Positions 39,536 through 52,108 of a stretch of 64,000 nucleotides of DNA are shown one piece after another. Both the position numbers and the translations under genes were made by a program. The stretch is from Lama guanicoe (taxonomy: Eukaryota), in the NCBI GenBank assembly GCA_013239625.1, contig MU053934.1, positions 5,598,399-5,662,398 on the forward strand, written 5' to 3'. The notes under the pieces were generated by a model. That model had not been told where the DNA came from. It ran no database searches and was given only the letters and a program-made list of their open reading frames with translations. The first letter of the stretch is position 1. Every line of letters begins with the position of its first letter.

Positions 39536-40480
39536 GCAATGAGGAGCCATTGAAGATTTTTGAACAGCGAGGTAATATCCATTCACTCAAACACCTACAG
39601 AGTGATTCCTATGTGCCAGGAGCTGTTCTAGACACTAGGGATGCAGTGCTGAACTGAACAAAGTCTTGCCCTCAAGAAGCTAATCCTAGAGAAACTAACC
39701 ATGAATAGATAAACAAATACCTAATAAAATGTCAAGAAGTAGTGATAAATGCTATGCATAAAAATAAAGCAAGCTAAGGGAACAGGGAGTAGCTGGTGCT
39801 GTTTTTGATGGAGTGGTCAGGGAGGGCCTCTGAAGAGATGACACCTGGGTGGTACTGAGTGAGGCGACAACATAGGAAAGCAGCAGAAGGAACAGCAAGT
39901 GCAAAGACCCCGGGTCAGGTGCTTGCTTGAGTCTGATGAACATGGCCAAAGTGCACGTGCTCGTGTATGTGTGTGTGAGAGCAAGGATGGGATGTGGTTA
40001 GAGCGGTATCCAGGGCTGAGATCACAAAGGGTCTTGGGGGCCGTGCAAAGGCTCTGGACTTGATTCTGATTTTGTTGAAAGTCACTGCAGGGATGAGAGC
40101 AGGAGAAAGACAGGATCTGATTTACATATAAAAGGATCTTTGTGGTTCCAATGTTGAGAAAGTGCATGGGGGGATTGTAGAAGCAGGAAGCTCAGTTAAG
40201 AAGCCATGGCTGCGGTCTAGACAAGAGTGATGGAGGCCTGGACTTGGCAGTGGAGGGGGAGAAGGGGAGAAATGGCAGGATTTGCAATATATTCTGGAAG
40301 GATCTGCTGATAGTGGAGTGAGAGAGAAAGAATGATTATAAGGTTTTTTATCTGAACAACTGAGTGAGTGGTGGTACCTCTCACAGAGAGAAGGAGCACC
40401 GGGAGGACAGCAGATTTTCATTCAGGAACAGAGGCCACTTTTGGACACTCTCAGAAGTCTACTAACATCCAAGGGGAGAT
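39535..40480 (-). mobile_element. L2 fragment
   Basis: cattcactcaaacacctacagagtgattcctatgtgccagg and further L2 body motifs. Confidence 0.7.
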
Positions 40481-40817
40481 CTTTGTTACTTGCTCCATCA
40501 TGATCATCAATGTTTTCTATTCCAATAAATGGCACCACCATCCACCCAGATGTGGTGGTAATCCTTCTATCACCCCTATTTGGCCAAACCAGACATGTGA
40601 CACTGAGATTACTTCTTTAGGCCCAACTTTGTAGATCTGTAAAATGAAGATATCACCACTTGCCTCATGAGGTTATTACAAAGATTAAGTGAAGCAATGC
40701 GTATGAAGCATCTAGCATCTAGGAGATCAAGAGCTCCGAAAATGAGAGATGTGTTCTAGATATAGAGAGCAGTCAAATGGATATATGCAGAGAAGAATAA
40801 GCTGGAGGGAGAGACAA

Positions 40818-40960
40818 AGTAAATCCATTTCCTGGAAGGAACAGTACAAAGAAAAATGGAAATGTTTAGTAAGAAGAGAGGACTCACTGGGCACATATAA
40901 GCTGTCTTTAAAAACTGGAAGGGTTGTCATTGGAAAAGTAACATTTCTTTACAGTTTCAC
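40818..40960 (+). pseudogene. PKD1-like LRRCT exon remnant (PKD1 exon 4 equivalent)
   Basis: NPF at 40822-40830, then ISWKEQYKEKWKCLVRREDSLGTYKLSLKTGRVVIGKVTFLYS vs LAWLPRWAEEQQVRVVQPEAATCAGPGSLAGQPLLGIPLLDS. Confidence 0.6.
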
Positions 40961-42017
40961 TGAACAGACAGAAGACAGAACCAGAGACATGACTGGAAGG
41001 GAGTAACCTCAGGGAGGCAGAAGTCAGCTCAGTATGTGATGGTAAATTGTTGTAAGTGTTCTAAATGTGCTTGAAAATGTATTTTCTAATTTGGGGGTGA
41101 TTAATTATGAGATACTGCTTAAACTCTTTAGGCTATCTAATTTTCAGAAGGAAATGTGTTAAATTTCCATTTGATTGTAGGATCTGTCACTTTTTTTTTT
41201 TTTTGTACTTCTGACCAACTTTGTATTACGTGTTTGAGTCTATGTTATTAGGTGCATCTAGGTTTAGGACTTTTCTCTCTTCCTGGTGATTTATCCATTT
41301 TACCATTACCTCATGACTTTTCCTATCCTGCAAAATGCTCTTTCCTTTAACATCAGCCAATTTTCCTTTAGTTTAATATTTACTTGGTATGTCTATTTTC
41401 ATCTCTTCACTTTCTACCTTTTTGCCTTGTTAGTGGTGTCTTACTGTGCCTACCCACCTCCCTAAAGATAACTGGTATCTTGACTTCTAGCACTGTTTTT
41501 GAAATTTATTTAAATGCAATAATATATTAAGTAAAGTTTTATGTCTAGCTTCTTTCACTCAATATTGTGTGATTCATCCATGTTACTACATACAGCTATA
41601 TTTGTTCACTTTCATTACTGCATATAGTAGTCTGTTGTACTAAATAATATGACAACTGTTATTTATTCACCATTAGGTTGTTTTGACTTCTTGGCTATTA
41701 TGAATAAGGCTGTTATGAACATTTACATACTGGAGAAGTAAGAGAAACAGGGAGAGTTCAACTAATGAAAACTGACTAGGAGTGGGGGTGAGGTGGAGGG
41801 GACTAGAAAAAGCCTTTAAAAATAATTTTATTTATGATACAGCAACACCGCACACTCAACAGTGATTCATTTACAACAGAGCTGAGAAATAAGAGGCATT
41901 TAAGCAGCCAAACAAGGTTTTGAAAATTCCATGCACTTTTTTCAACAGGAGAATTTCTTCCTCAGTTCATTTACTCTTATTTTACAAAAATTTCTGAATA
42001 TTTTGGTTTTCTGGCAG

Positions 42018-42530
42018 ACTGGTCCTCAGCATATTAGAAGTTGCCTATTAGAAGATAATGTTCTCAGAAGCAGACATATCAAGGTCAGAAAACGTGCTAA
42101 TTAACAACTAGGGACAGGACAATCTGTATTTGTAAAAAGCAGATACAGAAATGCAAAACACACAGCAGTTTGGAGTGATTGTTTTGAAGGGCCAAACTAT
42201 CCAATAATCTCCCAAAGGTATTACCACATTATTAGCCAACACAGTAACACATAACAGTGATGTCCAGGTTTTAAAGCAATGGTTAAGTCATATGTATTTT
42301 GATTATGTTTAAAGTATCAGGGATGTTTAGCATTTTGTAAGATTTCTGTACAAATGGTTTAAACAAACCAAAGTGTTAAGTGAAAACATTTTAGTGCCTA
42401 AAGAAGTAGCATTGCAAATGACGTTAGAAAAACTGTGTTAGTGTACTCTCACACATTCCTGAGAACAGCTAAAAGTACCGACTACGAAGCAGGTGCTTAG
42501 TCTAAGTTAACTGACTAACTGCAAGCAAAG
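42018..42530 (+). pseudogene. PKD1-like exon 5, 5' part (WSC and first PKD domain), cut by L1
   Basis: Acceptor ttttggttttctggcag| ends at 42017. DRTICIC (42113-42133) vs EQGWCLC; SHTFLRTAK/Y (42447-42478) vs SHRYVLPGRY. Confidence 0.65.
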
Positions 42531-42544
42531 AACCATGGAGGGAA

Positions 42545-44795
42545 TCTACAAAAAACCCCACAACTAACATCATGCTCAGTTGTGAAACATTGGCTGTTTT
42601 CTCCCTATGATCAGGATCAAGTCAAGGATATCTGCTCTCACCACTTCTATTCAACATTGTACTGGAAGTTCTAGCCAGGGCAATTAGGCAGAAAAACAAA
42701 GGAAAGGCATCCAGATTGGAAAGAAAGATGTAAAAAGTCTTTTATGTTCAGATGACACAATCTTGTATATAGAAAATCCCAAGGAATTCAGTAAAAAAAA
42801 AAAACTATTAGAACTAATAAATAAATTCAGCAAGGTTATAGGATACAAGATCAATATACAAAAGTTAGTTGTATTTCCATACACTTGCAACAAACAATCT
42901 GAAAGTGAAATTAAGAAAACAATTCCATTTACAATAGCATCAAAAGAATACAATGCTTGGGAATAAATTTAACAAAAATGTACAAAATTTTATACTCTGA
43001 AAACTACAAAACTACAAAAAATTTTAAAAGATCTAAATAAATGGAAAAGATTTTCATGCTTATGGATCCAAAGATGGAAATATTCACCAAGTGGATACAC
43101 AGATTCAGTGCAATCCCTATCAGAATCCCAGCTGTTTTTGTTTTGTTTTAGAGAAACTGATAAGTTGATTCTAAAGTTCAAGGGGAATTTTAAGGGACCC
43201 AAAACAACCCAAACAATCCTGAAAAAGAACAAAGTTGGAGGACTCATACTTTTAAAAGTTCCTGCAAAGCTACAGTAATCAAGTTAGTGTGGTGCTGGCA
43301 TAAGGATAGACACATAGGTGAATAGAATAGAACTGAGGAGGGTATAGCTCAGTGGTAGGGTGCAGGTCTAGCATGCACAGGGTCCTGGGTTGAATCCCCA
43401 GTACCTCCATTAAAAAATAAATAAACCTAATTATCTCCTCCCAACCAAAAAAATAAGTAAATAAAATAAAATAAAGTGGTGTTATAAAAAAATTCATGTA
43501 TCTATAGTCAAGTGATTTTTAACAAGGGTGCCAAGATCATTCAATGGGGAAAGAATAGTCTTTTCAACAAATGGGGCTGAGACAACTGGACAAAAATCGA
43601 AGTTGGAACCTTACCTCATACCACATACAAAAGTTAACTAAAAATGTATCAAAGACCTAAATGCAAGAGCTAAAACTATAAAACTCTTAGAAGAAAACAC
43701 AGAAGTAAATCTTCATGACTTTGAATTTGGCAGTGGATTCTTAGACATGCCACAAAGATGTGAGCAACAAAAGAAAATACATATAAATCAGACTAGATGA
43801 AAATTTAGAACTTCTGTGTTTCAAAGGACACTGTCAAGAAAGTGAAAATATAATCCACAGAATGGGAGAAAATACATGCAAATCATGTATCTGGTAAGGG
43901 ACTTACCAGAATATGTGAAGAAGTCTTATGACTCAATAAGAAAAAGATAAAAAAATGTAATTAAAGAAATGAACAAAAGAACTGAATGGACATTTCCCCA
44001 AAGAGGATATACAAATGGCCAATTAACATACACAAAGAAACCTGACATTATTGGTTATTAGGAAAATGCAAATCAAAACCACTATAAAATACAACTTCAC
44101 ACCCACTAGGATAAGCAAGATAATAACAAGTGCTGGCAAGGATGTGAAGAAATTGGAACTCTCATACATTGCCTATGGGAATGTAAAATGGGGTAGCCAC
44201 TTCGGAAAACAATCTGGCAGTTCCTCAAATGATTAAACACACAGTTACCACATGACCAAGCAATTCCACTTCTAGGTATACACCCAAGAGCAATGAAAAC
44301 ATATATCCACACAAAAATTTGTACCTGAAAGTTCACAGTAGCCAAAGGGTGGAAACAATCCAAATATCCATCAACAGATAAATGGATAAAATAACGTTGT
44401 ATATTCATAAAATGGAATATTATTCAGCCATAAAAAGTGCTGACACATGCTACAACTTTAATGAATATTAAAAGCATTATGCTCATTGAAAGAATCCAGC
44501 CACAAAAGCCCACATGTATGATTCCCTTCACATGAAAGGCTAGAACAGGAGACTCCAGAGACAGAATATGGATTATGGTTGCTTAACGGAGAGTGGGAGG
44601 CAGGGAATCAGAAGCTGAGGAAGTGATACCCAAAGGGTATGGTATTTCTTTTTGAGATTATGAAAATGCTCTAAAATTGACTGTGGTGATGGTGCCACAT
44701 ATCTGTGAATATACTAAGAACTATTGAATTGTACACCTTAAATTGGTGAACTATATGGAATGTGAGTTATATCTCAACAAAACTCTTACAAAAAA
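42545..44795 (+). mobile_element. Old L1 (L1MB-like) ORF2 3' part and 3'UTR, inserted in the PKD1-like exon 5
   Basis: Degenerate ORF2 (ORF 42763: YIENPKEFS..LLELINKFSKVIGYKINIQK) and an L1MB-type 3' end. Confidence 0.9.
43335..43475 (+). mobile_element. Vic-1-type SINE nested in L1
   Basis: gaggagggtatagctcagtggtag...aaacctaattatctcc. Confidence 0.9.
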
Positions 44796-44919
44796 GAGCA
44801 GCACCACCACTAAGGATGAGCTCATGAACAAAAATAGAAAAGAAAAAAAGAAGAAAAATCAAAAAATGGTTGCTTAACGCACTTTAGTTTTCACTGATCG
44901 TGTCTAAATTCAGTTCTGA

Positions 44920-45183
44920 ACCAGTCTCTGATCTGGGGGAGTCTGATACCTTGATGTCAGTGGGGATCAGGGCACCAAGCTCATGAGTGGGCGTAGAATC
45001 ACGGCAGCCTCTAGACACTGCATGCTGGACATAGAACGGTCCGGAAGGCCCTGTTTATGGCTTCCCAATAATCTGGCTGGAATCAGTATTTTGGAATTTG
45101 GTTCAGCACGTGCAAAGCCCAATCCAGCATCTCAGATAAAGGAGATACTGTTTGTGAGGATGGCGAATCAACTTTAAACATGG
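44920..45183 (+). pseudogene. PKD1-like exon 5 end and first half of the C-type lectin
   Basis: TSL*SGGV*YLDVSGDQGTKLMSGRRITA vs SSVQSDESLDLSIQNRGGSGLEAAYSIVA (ungapped); CMLDIE..CLWL vs CPSDTE..CYRL; WLES vs WLQA (shifted frame); IKEILFVRMANQL*TW vs VQRFLVSRVTRSLDVW. Confidence 0.75.
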
Positions 45184-45754
45184 AGTTTGTGAAGTCTGAG
45201 CAGAGAAAGGATAGTATTGTATCATCTGCTGCACAGTCAAATACAAAGGCCCAAAGCTGAGAGAAGAGTCTCAGTTATCATAATAACGTATGCATATACT
45301 TAATATCACATATACATTCCCTTGGCTGGTGACATTACGCTGCACTCTAGCCCTTCTCCACCTCTGCACGGCTTGGTGTTCTCCTGCTCTGATTCTCTCC
45401 CGCCTTCCTCACATCAGCACGTGCACACACTGTGTGAAGGTTCTCTCACGTGGATGCTGGTAACTAAAATATCATTGGAGTACGTTAGATGCATGTGCTC
45501 CCTACGCTATGTTGTTTACAGCACTCATCTGTACCTAAAATCACCTTACTGGTTTCCATGCTCACTGTTTGTCTCCCTCTATTCCAACACAAGTCCCACA
45601 AGAGCAGGGACCCCATCTGCTCCCAGTGTATCCCTCTGCTCAGCAAAGTGGCTGGCACACGGCAGATGCTCAAAAATTATTTGTTGACTTCTTCTTCTTC
45701 TTCCTTTTTTTTTTTTTTTGGTTGACTTCTTGATCAGCGGTATCTTTGGTACAA

Positions 45755-45835
45755 GGCAACAGTACTTGTTAAGGACCATTATTAAGTCTCACTGTCAGGT
45801 ACCGGAGACACAAAAACGAGAACTGCACTCCAGGA
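45755..45835 (+). pseudogene. Possible C-type lectin C-terminal remnant
   Basis: QQYLLRTIIKSHC..ELHS vs AEHCVRLGPTGWC..ELQP. Weak match, supported mainly by position. Confidence 0.35.
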
Positions 45836-46337
45836 ACAGAAGCAACAGAGGAACAGTAACAACAGCATCATGGGACAAGGATGACAGCAGCACCCTTGTT
45901 TTCATCACACAGTATTCTTTCTGCTTACACACTCCTAAACTTACGCACTTATTTCTTGGCTCCCTTCTGCCTGGACACAGCTGACACTTTATTCAGTTTA
46001 GACTAAGGTAGGGTTACATCTACCACGTTGTACTTAGTGTGCTGAAATTACTAAGACACTAAATCTTAGGAAAGCTATGTCTTACTTTTTATCAAAATAT
46101 ATTATCACAGAGATGGCAACTCTACGTACTCTGGCTTAGGCAAATCTAAATTCAACACAGTACCCCACCTCCCTCAATATATATACTCACTGGACAAATA
46201 TTTACAGAGTACTCCTAGTAAGGCCTGGAATATAGTAATGGTGATGAGGATTCAGAGCTCCTAACCTACTGAGAGAGGTAGGTAAGTAAATAGAGAAATA
46301 TAACCATACAGAAGTTACTTGATAGAGCTCTAGCCAG

Positions 46338-46465
46338 GGTATTATGTTCCCAAAACTACCGGAGAAATGAAAAGCACACAGAGACCTTTGTGTTAGGGAC
46401 ATCCTTACCCAAGCTCAACACTCAAACCAGGCTGTTCTTCTTTACATGGGCATTATTGCTTAAAA
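46338..46465 (+). pseudogene. PKD1-like exon 9 remnant
   Basis: ccag| then GIMFPKLPEK*KA vs VMVFPGLRLSREA at the exon start. After a frameshift, LGTSLPKLNTQTRLFFF (46393-46443) vs FGTQELRRPAQLRLQVY, ungapped. Confidence 0.75.
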
Positions 46466-46664
46466 CACACCTTAGGGAAAGATGCAGGGACGCATAGGCT
46501 TGAAAGAGTTAAATTCCTAGTAAATATGTCAACCCAGTAGTGCAAACGAATCTAACTTTTTTTCATTGCTTGCACACTGAATCTACCTTCCAGCTTGGAA
46601 AAAAGAAAATATTAGTAAGCTTTTGAACTTATTTGCTAAGTTGTTTATTAAACTAAATAATCAA

Positions 46665-46760
46665 GAGGGAAGGGAAATAGTTCAGTGGTAGAGCACATGT
46701 GTAGCATGCACAAGGTCCTGGGTTCAATCTCCAGTACCTCCATTTAAAAAAAAGAAAAAG
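46665..46760 (+). mobile_element. Vic-1-type SINE (short)
   Basis: tRNA-like head and A tail. Confidence 0.8.
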
Positions 46761-47319
46761 GTGTTGTGGGGGAGGATGGGATTTGGAGTTAGAAGACCTC
46801 TGTCCGAGTGCAACTCTGTCACTAGCTGTGTAACCGTGAACAAGTCCTTTCACCATCTGAATCTCCCCACCTATAAAATGGAGATACCATCTGCCCAGTT
46901 CATCTCAGAGGTATGAAGTGGGTACCAAGTAAGACAGTAGATGCCAGGTGGTTTTATAAACTACAAAAGCAACATATAAAGATTAGTCATTATTCATATT
47001 TGTATGCTAGTGCTTAATAAGTGCCTAGTACAAATGTACTAAAAAATATCTGTGAAATAAATTAGTATCTCAAATGCTCCTGGGGCACAGATCAATAGGA
47101 GCTCTAGCTGGCTGCAACTTAGAAGCCTCAAGACTCAAAAATTTTATTTCAAATTATGTGGGAAGGTTTACCTGTTTACATTAAAAAAAAAAACACCCCA
47201 TTTGTTTAGTAAGGATTTTAACTGATTTTTAAATTCATGGTTTGTCAAAATGCCTTTTACCTCTTCTCCCTGCTGTTCTGCCTTTTAATCATTTTCCTGC
47301 CTACTGGCGCTTCTATCAG

Positions 47320-47505
47320 ATGGTAAACAAAAATGAGGCAGTTACTCAACTGTGGATCAGTCAGTTTTGCAAGTTTTTATTAGTGTCAATAAAGACCAGT
47401 AAAGTGGTGGATGCTACTGGACAAAAATTGTGCCTGTTGTTTCTTTGCCTTCAATTTCTATTGATATTGAGAGCTGCTGGCTTTATTATCTGGCCACAAG
47501 AAGGT
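47320..47505 (+). pseudogene. PKD1-like exon 10 remnant (LDL-A-like region)
   Basis: Acceptor ttctatcag|. GKQK*GS vs GTPENGS; KLCLL vs NICLP; QFLLILRAAG vs EFLFSVPAG. Confidence 0.5.
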
Positions 47506-47609
47506 TATAAATTAGGGGTGACAAATTTAGGCATATGCCTGGGAAAAGGAAAAAGTAAAAGAGTATAATTTCAGCAGACTACCACCTACTTTGCTCTTTG
47601 CTTTTACAG

Positions 47610-48200
47610 ATAAAAGGGTATTTCAAGGTAGTGTTTCACCAAGCTCAAGCCACAGGTCCTATTCAGATTGCTCATTGAGTCTAAGAATGCTTCTGCTTTT
47701 GGTTTAATGGGAAACAAATTTCACCAGGCATCCCTGACAGCAGTGGCTTTTATAAAGATGAGAGAGGCTGACTGCAATGCCCTCTGGTGGCCTAAAGGTT
47801 TCTTCATATCTGCAACTGCAAAAAAACCAAAATCAAAAACCAGCCATTTCCTATCAAACAGCTTACTTTTAAATTAAAAAGTCAAGAAAGATAAATTGTA
47901 AAAGTCACTTTGATATTCATAACCATCACAATCATAAAGCATTTCTACAGAGACACTTGTCCAGTATAACCCCATATTCATGGTGGTTGGAGCGAGGATG
48001 CAGAGACTTGCAGAAAGAACACTGGCTCGCAGCCATCGTAGGAGGATTAAATAAGATACGAGACAGCACCATCTCGTATGGCAGTGGAGCATGGCAGGTG
48101 CTCAATAAACGATCAAACTTCAGGGTGTGACAGTTAATGATCCCAGCCATCTGCAGAAAGAAATCTTTCAGCAAATCTAAACTCCTATAACACTTACTTT
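47610..48200 (+). pseudogene. PKD1-like exon 11 remnant
   Basis: Strong acceptor ctttgctctttgcttttacag|. In one frame from the exon start: G*LQCPLVA*RFL vs GTWACPACALRLL, LKSQER*IVKV vs LRLPGRYEVRA, MAVEHGRCSIN vs VVVENSASRAN. After frameshifts, VTVNDP..IC vs VTAEEPIC. Confidence 0.85.
47778..47792 (-). promoter_or_regulatory. Candidate CTCF site
   Basis: GGCCACCAGAGGGCA on the minus strand matches the CCASYAGRKGGC core. Confidence 0.55.
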
Positions 48201-48724
48201 CGATATACCTCATTTAACTCAGAATTGCATCAGGTTTTTATGAGAATTAAACGAAAAAGTATGTAAAGCTCAGCCCCTGGCGTACAATGCTTCTTCCCTA
48301 TCACACTAAAATGCAATTTCTCCTGCAGCTTGCCAAAGTAGAGGTGAAGAAAGAAAATGTTATCAAATGGAGTCCAAAATGACAATGAACATAAAGGACT
48401 AGATGGGGTGGAGTTTTAATTTAATAACACAATGTCATAGCATACTTTTTGACCCGGTAACTGGGTTCCTGGAAATTTCTCTTAAAGAAGTAATCAGAAA
48501 ACATAAAAGGAGTCATATATTAAGGGTTTTATCACATTATTTATAATAGCAAAAAATTAGACACAACCTAGAAGTCCATCAATTGGCGTCTAACTAAATA
48601 ATGATACATACAATGCAAGTCTATGTAACAACTTCTTAATCATGACATATTTACTGACAAATTATATTTGAGATGAAATAGTTACAAAACTAGCCATAGT
48701 TTGATCTCATTTAAAAAACACTAT

Positions 48725-49238
48725 AAGATGACTGGATAAAGAAGTTGTGGTATACACACACACACACACAATGGAATACTGCTCAGCCATAAAAGAATAA
48801 AATAATGTCATTTGCAGCCACATGGATGGCCCTGGAGATTGCTGTACTAAGTGAAATAAGCCAGAAAGAGAGAAAAATACTACATGACATCACTTATTAT
48901 GTGGGATCTTAAAAAAAAAAAAAGACACAAATAAACTTATTTACAAAACAGAAATAGACTCATAGACATAGAAAACAAACTTATGGTTATGGGGGGGCGA
49001 AGTAGGGGGTGAGGGATAAATTGGGAATTTGGGATTTACAGATACTAACTACTATATATAAAATAGATAAACAACAAGGTCCTATTGTACAGCACAGAGA
49101 ACTACATTCAATACCTTGTAATAGCCTATAATGAAAAAGAATATGAAAAGGAATATACATATGTACCACTGAATCACTATGCTGCACACCAGAAACTAAC
49201 ACAACATTGTAAACTGACTCTACTTCAATTAAAAAAAC
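48725..49238 (+). mobile_element. Lineage-specific L1 3' end
   Basis: gactggataaagaagttgtgg...tgtaaactgactctacttcaattaaaaaaa. Confidence 0.85.
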
Positions 49239-49878
49239 CCTGTCTATAAATACATCTGTAAATGTATACATTTAAACAAGTCTGAAAATAGAGAAACTAA
49301 AATATTAGCATTTATTTCTAGGCAGTAGGAACCTAGGAAGATATATAAAAACACATGCATACAGGAATATATCTTTACTCTCTTCATTCTTTTCAGAATT
49401 TTCTGAAAAATTTTAATGACTGCATATTATTTTTGTAAAAGACCTTTCTAAAACTAAAAAAACCCACTTTAAATCAAAATAGAATATATAGATACATCCC
49501 AGCAGTACAAGCCAGTGAGAGATTACTGGAGAGAACATCAGGAGGTGTGAATTCCTGTTTTTGACTCCCAAACCTTTGCTATGTGTCCTGAGCCAGATCT
49601 GTGTCTCAATTTTTCCATCTATAAGGTATAAACATAATGAAAATAATTCTCATAATAGAAAGAACAAAGTGAGAATGAATGCACTAGGGAAAAAAAACTC
49701 AAATGCCACATCTATAAACTTGCTGCAAATTGAAACAGAAATAGAGAGGACTTTCTCAGTTTTTAAATTCCCCTTTCCTTAAGTCATCACTGCTTTCATA
49801 ATTTTTAACACACTGACACATGCACGATAAAGCACTTAGGGTTTTAGCCTCAACTAGGCTCTGAACTATTTTCTAAGG

Positions 49879-50035
49879 AAACATGTCCCCACTGATCAAG
49901 ATAAAGTGTAACTCCAGACCTTGACAGTAACAGCAACTCACAGTAAGCCTACATCGCTTGCTGGCCAATCTTCACAGAGGCAGAACTAAACAATTCATGT
50001 TATGTCTAATTTTCAAAGTACATTTAAAATTGGAT
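49879..50035 (+). pseudogene. PKD1-like exon 12 remnant
   Basis: KHVP vs RYSP near an AG acceptor. In the same frame, QN*TIHVMSNFQSTFKI (49981-50031) vs QNVVFNVIYQSAAVFKL, ungapped. Confidence 0.7.
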
Positions 50036-50149
50036 TTCAAATTCATAGCACGCAGGGGATGTATCATCTTTGTTTAGACCCCAATCTAACTGTAGACAGA
50101 ACAGTTCAGTAGGATAAGGGTCCTAGTCATCTCTTCTCCCTTGCTGCAG

Positions 50150-50337
50150 GTTCTCAGTGACCCCTGTTCTCACATGTGTCCACCTCAGAGATACAGGTTG
50201 GGAAGCTTCTGGATCTAATTCAAACCAACGTACAATAAGGCGTCATCCTCTTTCTACTTTGCAAATGCTACTTACTGCCTCTGTTAGGAAGGTGCTCTGC
50301 CCACTACTTGGTGTGTTCTAATTCAAATGTTGCCTTC
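50150..50337 (+). pseudogene. PKD1-like exon 13 remnant
   Basis: Strong acceptor ctcttctcccttgctgcag|. VT./FSHVS vs LTASNHVS; NAT (50264) and LTASV (50271-50285) vs NATLALTAGV. The 3' end is blurred by an adjacent L2-like fragment. Confidence 0.65.
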
Positions 50338-50952
50338 TGATTACACAGACCAAGACAGAGCTGGGCCCAGCCTCTCCATGCTCCCAAAGCACCTCCTGAA
50401 CATTCATGTTTCTTATCAGAACTCATCAGTGGTAGAATTCCAAGCTGTTTTTTGTTTGACTCCATGCAGAACAGTGAACTACGTAAAAGCAGAGATTGGG
50501 TATTACACATCCGATAATCTCAGCAATTGATGTAGTGCTTGGATATGGGAGGTAATAAAAAATGATTTCTTGAATAAATGAATGGAATGCTTTTCCTAGA
50601 ATAGGAATTTGCAATTTAGTAAGGTCTTCCATATAGCACCCACATATGGAGTCACCTATTTGGCTGGCCATCTACTTTGTCAATAGGTTCTACAGAAACT
50701 AAAGAAAACCAAGAATGAAGTACACATGAAAGAATTAGATAAGCAATACTACTATGGCAGATAACTTTGGTGAGTCCATTTAAAGCAAAGAAATAATGAA
50801 TCTTTAAAGATTAAAAAAGCCAACTGAATAGCAAAATAAAGTATGCTTCAAAAAAGTATGAACTAATTAGTCTAAGGGAAAGAAATATGAAAAACTGATA
50901 ATCAACAACCAAGAAAATGCCAGGGTATAAGAATTCTAAAAACATGTAAACT

Positions 50953-51088
50953 CTTTTTTTGTGTGTGTGTGAGGGGAGGTAATTAGGTTTATTTATTTAC
51001 TTTTTTTTTTTGATGGAGGTACTAGAGATTGAATCCAGGACCTCAAGCATACTAGGCATGCACTCTACCACTGAGCTACACCCTCCCC
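50953..51088 (-). mobile_element. Vic-1-type SINE
   Basis: Consensus match; aacatgtaaact is duplicated at 50941 and 51095. Confidence 0.9.
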
Positions 51089-51449
51089 ATTAAGAACATG
51101 TAAACTTAATTAACAGATACACTTGATTGGAGAAAGGTCAACACCATCTTCAGCCAAAAACATTCATGCAACAACTGAGTGCCTATCATGAGCAAGACAT
51201 TCTGCTACCTTAAAGAACCTGGTATCTAGGAGAAGACAGAGAGACAGACAGACTACTGCAATTCAAAACTCAGTGGAGCAGGTGCAGTGATAGACATCTG
51301 CACGAAATAGTATAGGAGTACAGAGGTCTTTGGAGGTGGGTGGGTAGAAAGTTCCAGAAACGCTTTCAGGAAATCTGACGCCTGACCTGGGCAGGAGTTC
51401 AGCAAGAATAGTAGGAAGAGATTCCTAATACACCACAAAGTATAAATGC

Positions 51450-51597
51450 AGGCACTGGGGCCCCAAACAGCGTGGGTTTAAGAAGCCACCCTTGGATCCA
51501 GAGGCTACAGGCTTCCCCTGAGCTTGGTAGCATCATATGGGGCTCAGATAGTTCATCACAAAAAGAATCACACGTCTCGAATCATATGCGCCTCCAG
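51450..51597 (+). pseudogene. PKD1-like exon 14 remnant
   Basis: FKKPP..GFP..AQIV vs FQPP..SFP..AQVL. Ends TCA TAT GCG CCT CCA G|gt = SYAPP(G) vs TYAAP(G), with the same split-Gly phase-1 donor. Confidence 0.8.
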
Positions 51598-52108
51598 GTT
51601 ATAAAAGGGAACCACGCAGTGGCTCAGAAGGTTTACTTTTAAGAACAACTGAGGGATGTACTGCGGCAAAGTAGAAAGTTCTGGAGTCAGCCTACATTTT
51701 AAATCCTGACCCCCCAATCACTGAGCGACCACAGATAAGTTACTCTTGAAGCCTTAAGTAACTTACCTGTTAATGGGAATGAACCTCATATATTTAGAGT
51801 TATTACAAGGATATCAAGATGTATGTAAATTACTAGGCACTCAGTGCATGGAAGTTCCATGACCCATTCTCATGGTTAGTTCCAAACTGAGCTTCCTTCC
51901 CTTTCCCCTTCACTACAGACTGGACCTCATTTGCTGGGTTCCACAGTTCATGCCCAGTTGTCACATACTCTTTGAGCATATCTTCTTGAGTGCTGTGCTA
52001 GGCATTGGTGCCTTGTCCCTCCTTCCCCTTGATCCTCATGTCCATCTCCTAATTTTCTCTTCACTCTGTCTTTACATAGTAATTCCTTTCTTTTCTTTTC
52101 TCACCTAG

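Noticed and set aside
42684..44408. ORFs resembling reverse transcriptase
   Set aside because: Fragments of a dead L1 ORF2 or its antisense strand.
47250..51650. Apparent minus-strand TXNDC11-like pseudogene (NCH..RLL..PPT.AS.C in ORF 47932-48213; TVR.GV.T; RH....LV.P)
   Set aside because: The matches needed many gaps and frame changes and scored low. The same bases are explained better on the plus strand by PKD1-like exons with ungapped matches and correctly placed splice sites. It also shows that by-eye motif matching can mislead.
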